Positions 56,925-64,000 of a DNA stretch of 64,000 bases are shown here, one piece after another. Location of the stretch: assembly GCA_964537905.1 (NCBI GenBank), contig CAZICU010000001.1, positions 15,046 to 79,045 of the forward strand, written 5' to 3'. Positions within the stretch are counted from its first letter, which is position 1; each line of letters opens with the position of its first letter. This DNA is from an uncultured Gammaproteobacteria bacterium. GTDB lineage: Bacteria; Patescibacteriota; Microgenomatia; UBA12405. The notes under the pieces were generated by a model. The model searched no databases. It was not told where the DNA came from and worked only from the letters and a program-made list of their open reading frames with translations. Made by a program: the position numbers and the translations under genes.

Positions 56925-57164
56925 TTGACAAAAAACAAAATATTTATTGAAGAAAGAGGGACTTTAATGTCGAAAGTTTCTGTAACTGTTAGCTGGGATG
57001 GTTTACCCCCAATCAACGCTGAGGAGATTATATCTCGTATTCCTTATACCCTTGGTATTGAAATAAATCCAGCAAATCCAACGACAATAAAGATCGAAAA
57101 AACACAAATTCCAAAACTTCAAACGTATTTAAAACCATTTGGCCTCGAGGTCCATAATGAATAA
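56925..57164 (+). CDS. Hypothetical small protein
   Basis: ORF only; probable start MSKVSVTV at 56967. Confidence 0.3.
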   Translation: MTKNKIFIEERGTLMSKVSVTVSWDGLPPINAEEIISRIPYTLGIEINPANPTTIKIEKTQIPKLQTYLKPFGLEVHNE

Positions 57165-57280
57165 GATTACCAACTGACGTCAGGCCCTAGATATTAAATA
57201 ATAATAGGTGAATCTAAAATTCATCAATTTTCATTATTTTTTATCTAGGGCTTTTTTCACGCCAAAATTTGTAAAACATA

Positions 57281-57604
57281 TTGCATTTATTTAAAATCAG
57301 TCTTATAATATCGGTAATGTTCGAAAAAGATAATAAAGGTTTAAACACAGAAACAGAAAAATGTACTGCACAACTTCTTTGTGACTTCGATAAACTTATT
57401 AAAGCTCTTAATGAAACTGGTGAAAAGCTCTCTCCTGTTTCATTAAACGATATAAAAGAAAAAATTTTTACTCTTACTGGACAACCTGATCCAAAAAGAA
57501 ACGAAGAAACGATATCACCAGAATATTTACAAGATATTAAATATACTAAATTTCTTAAAGATTTAAAAAAAAGACCTGAAAAACCTAATCAAAAACTATC
57601 GTAA
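57281..57604 (+). CDS. Hypothetical small protein
   Basis: ORF only. Confidence 0.3.
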   Translation: MHLFKISLIISVMFEKDNKGLNTETEKCTAQLLCDFDKLIKALNETGEKLSPVSLNDIKEKIFTLTGQPDPKRNEETISPEYLQDIKYTKFLKDLKKRPEKPNQKLS

Positions 57605-57699
57605 GAATAAGTTTGTTTTTGTAAGATTATAAATCTATCCCATAATTTGAAATAAGTTTTAAATAAGCAACTAGGGTCTTTCGCATTTATAAGTATATT

Positions 57700-57856
57700 T
57701 TTTTAATTATTTCTGTTATAATTCCCCATCTAACCGAAGACAGCAGGTTTAGTATTCCGAAACTTTAGTGAAGGATACTCATAAATCCCGCCGAGGCAAA
57801 ACAATTTATTTTGTTTTTATATAATCCTCGCTTCTTCGGCGAGGCTTTTTTTTGTT
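57700..57856 (+). promoter_or_regulatory. rplJ (L10) leader with terminator/antiterminator alternative hairpins
   Basis: cccgccgaggc (57787-97) can pair with either arm of the terminator hairpin cctcgc-ttcttc-ggcgagg (57826-44) followed by ttttttttg. Confidence 0.45.
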
Positions 57857-57896
57857 TTACTAAAAACTAAAAAGCTAATTACTAATTAACTAAAGA

Positions 57897-58412
57897 ATGC
57901 CAAATCAAGCCAAAATCGATCAAGTCGCTGATATTACCAGCAAGCTTGAAAGTGCTAAGTCTTGTGCTTTGATTCAGTATCAGGGTCTCAACGCCGCTGA
58001 CGTTTCCGCTCTTCGCGATAACGTTCGCGCCGCTGGTGGTAAAATTGAAGTTGTCAAAAACAGCCTTATTGCTCGTGCTTTTGCCAACATCGGTATTACT
58101 CTTCCTGAAACTTTGACTGGCCCAACCGCCATCACCTTCTGTAACGAAGATGAAGTTAATCCTCTCAAAGAGGTTGACAAAGTCAATAAAAGCCATGATT
58201 TCATCACCTTCAAATATGGTATCTACGACAAAAAACTTCTCGGATTTGATGAACTTAAAGCTTTCATCTCCCTTCCATCCAAATCAGCCCTTATGGCTCA
58301 ACTTTTAGGTGGATTGATCAATCCTTTACAACGTCTTGCTTATGGTTTGAGATACAACCAAACCCAACTCGCTTTAGCTCTTAAAGCCGTTGCCGATAAA
58401 AATAACCAATAA
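57897..58412 (+). CDS. rplJ: 50S ribosomal protein L10
   Basis: L10 fold; precedes rplL. Confidence 0.9.
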   Translation: MPNQAKIDQVADITSKLESAKSCALIQYQGLNAADVSALRDNVRAAGGKIEVVKNSLIARAFANIGITLPETLTGPTAITFCNEDEVNPLKEVDKVNKSHDFITFKYGIYDKKLLGFDELKAFISLPSKSALMAQLLGGLINPLQRLAYGLRYNQTQLALALKAVADKNNQ

Positions 58413-58472
58413 CCAAATAACAAGAAACAAACATTATTGTTTGGAATACTTGAAATTTGTATCTTGGGAATT
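58408..58472 (+). repeat. Second full copy of the ~65-nt intercistronic element (see 50258-50377), beginning at the rplJ stop codon
   Basis: aataaccaaataacaagaaacaaacattattgtttggaatacttgaaatttgtatcttgggaatt. Confidence 0.75.
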
Positions 58473-58509
58473 AAATCATAATTAATTATTAATTAAAAAA
58501 TTTATAAAT

Positions 58510-58899
58510 ATGGAACTTTCTGCAAAATTGCAAAAAATATTAGATTCTATTGCTGAACTTTCAGTTTTAGAATTGTCCCAACTCGTTAAAGGTATCGAAG
58601 AAAAATTCGATGTCAAAGCCGTCGCCGCTGCCTCACCCGCCATAGCTTCAGCGCAGGCAGGTCCTGCTGCTGCTCCGGCTGAAGAAAAGAGTGAATTTGA
58701 TGTTGTTATTACCTCTGGTGGTGCCAACAAAATCGCTGTTATCAAAGTTGTCCGTGAATTCAAACCAGAATTAGGTTTAAAAGAAGCTAAAGATATGGTC
58801 GATGCTTGTCCCGCTAATTTAGGTACTATGAAAAAAGAAGCTGCTAATGATGCCAAAGCTAAATTAGAAGCTGCTGGAGCACAAGTCGAGCTCAAATAA
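58510..58899 (+). CDS. rplL: 50S ribosomal protein L7/L12
   Basis: MELSAKLQKILDSIAELSVLELSQLVKGIEEKF, A-rich hinge, conserved C-terminal domain. Confidence 0.9.
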   Translation: MELSAKLQKILDSIAELSVLELSQLVKGIEEKFDVKAVAAASPAIASAQAGPAAAPAEEKSEFDVVITSGGANKIAVIKVVREFKPELGLKEAKDMVDACPANLGTMKKEAANDAKAKLEAAGAQVELK

Positions 58900-58913
58900 G
58901 TTTTACTTTTGTA

Positions 58914-58941
58914 GCTAATTAAAATCCCCCGTTCTTCGGGG
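58914..58941 (+). terminator. Intrinsic terminator after rplL
   Basis: atcccccg-ttcttc-gggggat followed by tttttta. Confidence 0.7.
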
Positions 58942-58947
58942 GATTTT

Positions 58948-59607
58948 TTATTTATCAAAATTAATTGGATTATTTTTTATATATTTTTTGTACCCTAAAT
59001 ATTCCTTTTCATTTCTTATAATTCTTTCAAAGAAATTACGTTGCCATAATCGTTTTTCAAATTTTGGCCAATTATTTTCTTTAACATTTTTAATGTATTC
59101 GTTGGTGGTTAATGATTTTAATTCACCAATAATCATCCCCAATGTTTTATTATTTGTAGGGGCGGGTTTTATGCCCGCCCTAATTGTGGTCGCCCTTATA
59201 TTTATGCCCGTGGTCGCCCTTATATTTGTGCCCACCATTTCATTATTATTTTTGGCAGGCACAAGACCTGCCCCTACATTATTAAATTTATTTTTAATTA
59301 CCACAATCATATGTACATGGTCAGGCATTAATACATATTCATCCAATTCAATAAATTTATTTTTAATAAAATATTCGACAATAATTTTTTCAACCATCGT
59401 TCCGACATTACCCAAAATCATTTTCTTTTCCATCAGGGCAAGCACAAGACCTGCCCCTACATTTTCAATTTTAATTTGACCAATTTTCCCAAAAATATTT
59501 TTTCGATTTTCACAACATATCGTCACCAAATAATACCAATTTTTCGAATAATCATATCCTTTCAATCTTATTGATTTTCGGTGTCCAGACATAAAAAATA
59601 ATATCAT
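58948..59607 (-). mobile_element. REP-associated tyrosine transposase (RAYT, IS200/IS605 TnpA-like HuH Y1) gene carrying ~70 aa of in-frame REP-derived insertions
   Basis: RKSIRLKGYDYSKNWYYLVTICCENRKNIFGKI N-terminus, HuH motif MPDHVHMIV, catalytic-Tyr region WQRNFFERIIRNEKEYLGYKKYIKNNP. Inserts NVGAGLVLAL and NVGAGLVPAK...GIKPAPT correspond to GC-rich palindromes. Confidence 0.65.
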
Positions 59608-59637
59608 TTTTTGTACGGGCGACTCGTGTGGTCGCCC
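59156..59637. repeat. REP-like GC-rich hairpins: 59156-59180 gtaggggcgggttttatgcccgccc; 59254-59277 and 59436-59460 (inverted orientation) ggcaRgcacaagacctgcccctac; 59617-59637 gggcgactcgtgtggtcgccc; plus direct repeat gtggtcgcccttatatttRtgccc x2 at 59186-59233
   Basis: Read directly. Same architecture as the rpmG terminator hairpin 24009-24028. Confidence 0.7.
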
Positions 59638-59643
59638 TCATAC

Positions 59644-60123
59644 TTATACTTTCTCCAAAAAATCACCCCAACCAATCTTAGTGTAAGTTTCCTTACATTC
59701 TTTCTCCAACACTCCCCCAACCACTTCCGGCTCATCACTAAAAAATGGTTTAATTTTTGATAAATCCTTATCTTGCAAAATATTCCATTTATTATGCCCC
59801 CCCATATTTGGCGACTTAACTCCGTAAACTACTTTTTTAAAGTGTAATTCTCTCATCATAAATGAACACATTGGACAAGGTTCACAATTAGAATAAATTT
59901 CACAATCACTCAAATCTTTAGTTTTTAATTTCTTCTGAGCTTTCCTCATCGCCATAATTTCAGCGTGACTGGTTACATCATGATTTTTCTCATTAGCATT
60001 AGTCACTGCCACAATTATTTTTCCCTTTCTCACAATCAAACTTCCAAATGGTGCTTCACCTTTTTTCACCGACTTTTCTGCCAAAGAAATACACTTTTTT
60101 ATATAATACTCGTCAGTTTTCAT
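59644..60123 (-). CDS. tadA: tRNA-specific adenosine deaminase (TadA)/CDA-family zinc deaminase
   Basis: HAEIMAMRKA ... CEPCPMCSFMM zinc-binding motifs. 159 aa. Confidence 0.7.
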   Translation of the reverse strand: MKTDEYYIKKCISLAEKSVKKGEAPFGSLIVRKGKIIVAVTNANEKNHDVTSHAEIMAMRKAQKKLKTKDLSDCEIYSNCEPCPMCSFMMRELHFKKVVYGVKSPNMGGHNKWNILQDKDLSKIKPFFSDEPEVVGGVLEKECKETYTKIGWGDFLEKV

Positions 60124-60163
60124 TTTTTAATTATATCTCAGTTTTTAAAAATCCAAAAATAGT

Positions 60164-61171
60164 CTAGTATTTCATTTTTCTCATTTCAATAAATTTCAAC
60201 AAAGCAAAAACGCACTTATGTTCTTCTGGTAGTGTATCTAATTCACTTTCCTTAACCTCAACCGGATCTCTCAAATAAGGTTCTCCATCCATATCCATTT
60301 CCAAAAATGTTTCCAGTGGTAATTTATAATTTATTGACTGTCTAATTTCCAATGTTTTATTTTTTTCATCCAGATAGGCAATACCTTTCATCCGTTCCAC
60401 TTCTTTACCATCAATTATCAACACTATTTCATGTGGATCATCTTTTCCCATATCATTTTCATCCAATTTTACTGGATAAAAATCATTTGGAGTTTCTATA
60501 TTTCTAGTCAAATAATCATATTTAATTTGATATTGATTATTTTCATCATAAACTTGAGGACATTTTTCTTTTAATTTTTCTTTTAATATTTCAACTTGTT
60601 CCCATTTTTCCCGAATAGCCTTTTCTTTATTTTCTTCTTCTGTATAAAAAACCGGTACTCTTCTTTTTCCTCTGAATAATGTTTGTATAAACAGTATTTC
60701 CTCATTTAACTCATTTAAAGTCACTTCTTTTAAAGGACCATCACATCTGCCAGCTGCTCCGGTTACATAACCAGGATCAGAAGGTGCCGCCTCATCTCTT
60801 TTCAAAAAAAGATAAGTTTTTTCACCCTGATTATCTTCAACTGAAAACCAAACACCACTAGAAAATAACCATCCTTTGCTACCATCTCCTCCTCTAATTT
60901 CATTCACTGTCGGTGAATTGGGTATATCTAAATCATTTTTCCATTTATCGTTAAATACCACCGTTGGATAAGTCGAATCTACCTCAATGTACCATGAATT
61001 TCCCTCTTGTCTAATATTTCGAGCCAAAGCATAAACTTTATCACAACCCTTTTGTGTTTCTTTTAATGAATTTCTTAATAGTTCGGCTGAATTAGATATT
61101 TGCAAACGATATCTGTCTACTTCAATAGCCTTCTCAGAATTCAAATTTTCAATAGAATGTGTCATAAACAA
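60164..61171 (-). CDS. Hypothetical protein (335 aa)
   Basis: ORF only. Confidence 0.35.
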   Translation of the reverse strand: MFMTHSIENLNSEKAIEVDRYRLQISNSAELLRNSLKETQKGCDKVYALARNIRQEGNSWYIEVDSTYPTVVFNDKWKNDLDIPNSPTVNEIRGGDGSKGWLFSSGVWFSVEDNQGEKTYLFLKRDEAAPSDPGYVTGAAGRCDGPLKEVTLNELNEEILFIQTLFRGKRRVPVFYTEEENKEKAIREKWEQVEILKEKLKEKCPQVYDENNQYQIKYDYLTRNIETPNDFYPVKLDENDMGKDDPHEIVLIIDGKEVERMKGIAYLDEKNKTLEIRQSINYKLPLETFLEMDMDGEPYLRDPVEVKESELDTLPEEHKCVFALLKFIEMRKMKY

Positions 61172-61224
61172 AGTATTATAACATATCTCATATATTATAA
61201 GACAATAATCTTCAAAAAATCAAA

Positions 61225-62280
61225 TCATAATAACTCTATTCTATTTTCTTCCTTTAATTTATCCACTACTTGACCCACTTTTCCTGTTTGGTCTTTTTTT
61301 GTAATTAATAAACCATCAGGAGTATCGATAACCACTAAATCCTCTACTCCAATCAAAGCAATATATTTTTTATTTTTTCTATAAACAAAATTATTTTGAG
61401 CTTCAATTTCAAAAATATCAGTTGCTTGATAGATATTTTTTTCTTTCATATAATTCGCTACTGATTCCCAAGTCCCAAAATCTACCCAATTAAAAGGCAA
61501 TTCCACCACCAATGCTTGATTATTTTTGTAAACAATTTTAGTTACTTCCTCAATTGCTCCTTTTGGCATTTTGCCATATTCTAGGGAAATATTACCACCA
61601 TTAGCAATCTCCACCAATGGCTGATACCACTCTGGTTTATAAGTTTGGTACATTTTTAATAAATTATTTGGAGTCATGGTCGTATGGTTAGCATGAAGTA
61701 ATAATTTATCTGTTCCCAAATATTGATTAATTTTTTCTTCTTCGGTTCTGTCAATATAATCAGCTACTTCATAAATTTTAACTCCATTTTCTTCTGAAAC
61801 TAAATTACCTTTAACTAAATAATCAACCCCTTTTATTACTGATTCTGGTACAAAGCCACCAGTTAAATATTTACCCGTCTCCCCCGCTAATTTTTCCGCT
61901 TCATCAATCATACTCAAAAAATTTTCATCTGATTCTCTTAAAACATCCGCTTGAACCAAAATAAACGGTTCATCACCAAAACCTCTTTTAATCAATTGAG
62001 CTGCCGCAAATCCAGTTGCCGGACCTTGATTTCTCATTTCCGGTTCGGCAAAAATATTTCCTTCAGGAATTTCTGATTTTAAATTTTTGGCAATTTTAGC
62101 TTGAACTTCATTTGTTTGCAAAAATATTTCTTCTGGACTAAACTTCTTCCTCAAAGCTTCATAATTCAATTCAAATAATGATTTATTACCAATTAATGGT
62201 AAAAAATGTTTTGGCATGGTACTTCGACTCATCGGCCACATTTTTGAACCGACTCCCCCACAAATTATTACTGCTTTCAT
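61225..62280 (-). CDS. Mannose-1-phosphate guanylyltransferase (GDP-mannose pyrophosphorylase)-like nucleotidyltransferase
   Basis: MKAVIICGGVGSKMWPMSRSTMPKHFLPL nucleotidyltransferase N-terminus. Confidence 0.7.
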   Translation of the reverse strand: MKAVIICGGVGSKMWPMSRSTMPKHFLPLIGNKSLFELNYEALRKKFSPEEIFLQTNEVQAKIAKNLKSEIPEGNIFAEPEMRNQGPATGFAAAQLIKRGFGDEPFILVQADVLRESDENFLSMIDEAEKLAGETGKYLTGGFVPESVIKGVDYLVKGNLVSEENGVKIYEVADYIDRTEEEKINQYLGTDKLLLHANHTTMTPNNLLKMYQTYKPEWYQPLVEIANGGNISLEYGKMPKGAIEEVTKIVYKNNQALVVELPFNWVDFGTWESVANYMKEKNIYQATDIFEIEAQNNFVYRKNKKYIALIGVEDLVVIDTPDGLLITKKDQTGKVGQVVDKLKEENRIELL

Positions 62281-62289
62281 AAATTATTA

Positions 62290-63306
62290 TTAATTTTTAA
62301 TTTTAATATAATTATTTATATTTTCCACCGTCGTCTTTACAATCCTTTCTATCGCCTCTATAGTATTAAAAGCATTGTGTGGTGTAAAAACCACATCATC
62401 CCGATCTCGAAGTAAATGAAAACTTAAAATATCTTGTAAACTATCTTTTGACGTTTTATTACTCATCACTACACTCATACTATCTACCAACATTTCTTCT
62501 TCAGTCACATCCAATCCTGCTCCAGCCAAAATTTTATTATTCAAAGCCCAAACTATGGCTTCTGCTTCAACCACCGCTCCCCTGGCCGTATTTACCAAGA
62601 AACTTCCTTTCTTCATTAATTTGATATTGTTTTTATTAATCATATGATAAGTTTCCGGAATCGCTGGCACATGTAACGTTACAAAATCTGCATTTTTCAA
62701 ACAAGTTTCCAAATCAGTATATTTAAAACCAGTCTTTTTTTCTAATTTAGGATCTCTATATTCATCCACTCCCAAAACCTTCATTCCCAAGCCTCTAGCG
62801 ATCTTAATTACATTTTGTCCTATCTTTCCGCATCCAATCACTCCAAGTGTTTTTCCATACAAATCTACCCCAGTTAAACCTTCCGGACTAAACTCCCCTT
62901 CTTCCACCGATTGATGAGCTACTACTATTTTTTTTGTTATTGCCAACAATAATGCAAAAGTATATTCGGCTACTGTGTTCGATCCATAAATAGGCACATT
63001 AGCTATCTCAATTTTATTTTTTTTACAAAAATTACCATCGATATGATCCATTCCTGTCGATCTAGTGGCAATCATTTTTAAATTTGGTAATTTTTCCAAA
63101 ATTTTTTCGTCAAACTTGGAATAAATAAACGGTGAAATTATTTCATATTTAGAAGCTAACTCCAAATTATCTTGAACTTCCTCTTTATAAATTCCTACCC
63201 CAAAAGTATCTAGATTATTTATTTCTCTCTCAATTATTTCTTTTTCCCAACTTTTAACTCCAAAAAAGGCAATTTTAAAATCTTTCTTATTATCAATCAT
63301 AAACAA
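62290..63306 (-). CDS. D-isomer-specific 2-hydroxyacid dehydrogenase (D-LDH/PGDH family)
   Basis: GVIGCGKIGQNV NAD-binding motif, catalytic R..E..H pattern. Confidence 0.8.
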   Translation of the reverse strand: MFMIDNKKDFKIAFFGVKSWEKEIIEREINNLDTFGVGIYKEEVQDNLELASKYEIISPFIYSKFDEKILEKLPNLKMIATRSTGMDHIDGNFCKKNKIEIANVPIYGSNTVAEYTFALLLAITKKIVVAHQSVEEGEFSPEGLTGVDLYGKTLGVIGCGKIGQNVIKIARGLGMKVLGVDEYRDPKLEKKTGFKYTDLETCLKNADFVTLHVPAIPETYHMINKNNIKLMKKGSFLVNTARGAVVEAEAIVWALNNKILAGAGLDVTEEEMLVDSMSVVMSNKTSKDSLQDILSFHLLRDRDDVVFTPHNAFNTIEAIERIVKTTVENINNYIKIKN

Positions 63307-63497
63307 TTGTACCTCATTTAAACCTAATTTAAACCCTTCCTTGTTTATTCATCAAAAAAAGAAATTCAAAAATTTAGTTTTCCCCCGTCTTATCAAAGAA
63401 TGGAGTTAGAGGAAAGATTTCATTCTTGACACACTAATATCCAATGTGATTAACTGAATACAGTTAAACATTATTTTGATACAAGAGGAGCCACCAA

Positions 63498-63755
63498 ATG
63501 GATTATCAAACAGAATCACAAGACAACCTTGTGAAACAATCATCCGCCCCAAAAAAAATCAATGGCGTCTCTATCGACAACTTGCCTGATCTTTTGACTG
63601 TTGCCGAAGTCGCTGATCTTCTTCGTGTCAGCAAACTCACCATCAAACGCTGGGGTAAACGAGGTAAACTTCCGGCTATCCGCATCAACGCTCGTGGTGA
63701 TCGTCGCTACCGCAAAGAAGCTGTTCTCTGGCTATTAGGAATTCAAACCGAATAA
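63498..63755 (+). CDS. Excisionase-family helix-turn-helix DNA-binding protein; locally GC-rich
   Basis: LLTVAEVADLLRVSKLTIKRWGKRGKLPAIRI Xis/AlpA-like HTH. Codon usage and GC differ markedly from neighbours. SD agaggag; TTGACA ~70 nt upstream. Confidence 0.55.
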   Translation: MDYQTESQDNLVKQSSAPKKINGVSIDNLPDLLTVAEVADLLRVSKLTIKRWGKRGKLPAIRINARGDRRYRKEAVLWLLGIQTE

Positions 63756-63780
63756 ATAATATCCTGCCCAATTATTTGGT

Positions 63781-64000
63781 TTATTTATTTAAACTTTGAA
63801 ATAATTCTTGTTTAATCAATGATTGATATGGAATATCCATTTTATTTGCCTTAACCTTTAGTCTTTCAATTAAACCGATTGGTAATCTTATTGTTACTAA
63901 TTTAGTCGTTAATTTCAAATTTGGAAACAAAACCCCTCTCTTGGCTTTACTTAAATCAAAATAATCTGAAAAATTAGCCTTCTCCCAAAACTCAAACTCC
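63781..64000 (-). CDS. Partial ORF (C-terminus only; continues past window end) resembling BrnA-type ribbon-helix-helix antitoxin
   Basis: Reverse translation ...KRGVLFPNLKLTTKLVTIRLPIGLIERLKVKANKMDIPYQSLIKQELFQSLNK*; compare BrnA ..ITIRLD.DVLEWFK..G.GYQT.IN..LR. Confidence 0.4.
   Translation of the reverse strand, partial: EFEFWEKANFSDYFDLSKAKRGVLFPNLKLTTKLVTIRLPIGLIERLKVKANKMDIPYQSLIKQELFQSLNK

Noticed and set aside
57882-58958. Minus-strand ORFs (104, 77, 158 aa) overlapping rplJ and rplL
   Set aside because: Antisense to highly conserved ribosomal protein genes. Ala/Ser-rich mirror-frame artefacts.

Overview
AT-rich bacterial chromosomal window, standard genetic code, densely packed on both strands. 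Gene style is consistent with a reduced-genome, Patescibacteria/CPR-like or Gram-positive-like organism: K-rich extensions on ribosomal proteins S2 and L1, a short EF-Ts, a class II B12-dependent ribonucleotide reductase plus ThyX, weak or absent Shine-Dalgarno sequences, and many small Cys-rich secreted proteins. Housekeeping content includes frr-tsf-rpsB (no pyrH), topA, mrdA-mreB, def/fmt, rpmB, rpmG, hpf, epmA, galU, a dNTP/thymidylate supra-cluster (nrdR-nrdJ-pduO-like-unknown-thyX-tmk-glyA), secE-nusG-rplK-rplA, rplJ-rplL with ddl/murF lying between rplA and rplJ, tadA, and 5 tRNAs (Thr-UGU, Thr-GGU, Ser-UGA, Trp-CCA, Ala-GGC). Most unusual features: (1) a tRNA-Thr/tRNA-Ser locus in which three small GIY-YIG nuclease genes each start 4 nt after a tRNA 3' end and each terminate inside a duplicated tRNA 3' fragment, so that the stop codon TAG lies in the D-loop; this looks like iterated insertion of a minimal tRNA-targeting homing-type element. 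(2) A near-canonical type III hammerhead ribozyme in the 5' leader of a csbB/yfhO-like glycosylation operon. (3) A RAYT (REP-associated HuH tyrosine transposase) gene whose ORF is interrupted by several REP-like GC-rich hairpins, with a related hairpin re-used as the rpmG terminator. (4) A cobalamin-riboswitch-like aptamer upstream of an uncharacterised Zn-ribbon protein embedded in the B12/dNTP cluster. (5) A family of tandemly duplicated Cys-rich secreted proteins sharing an N-terminal anchor plus QENRSKA motif, one carrying 3 near-identical 126-bp intragenic repeats, flanking rseP. (6) A ~65-nt conserved element repeated in two ribosomal-protein intercistronic spacers. No rRNA or CRISPR arrays seen.
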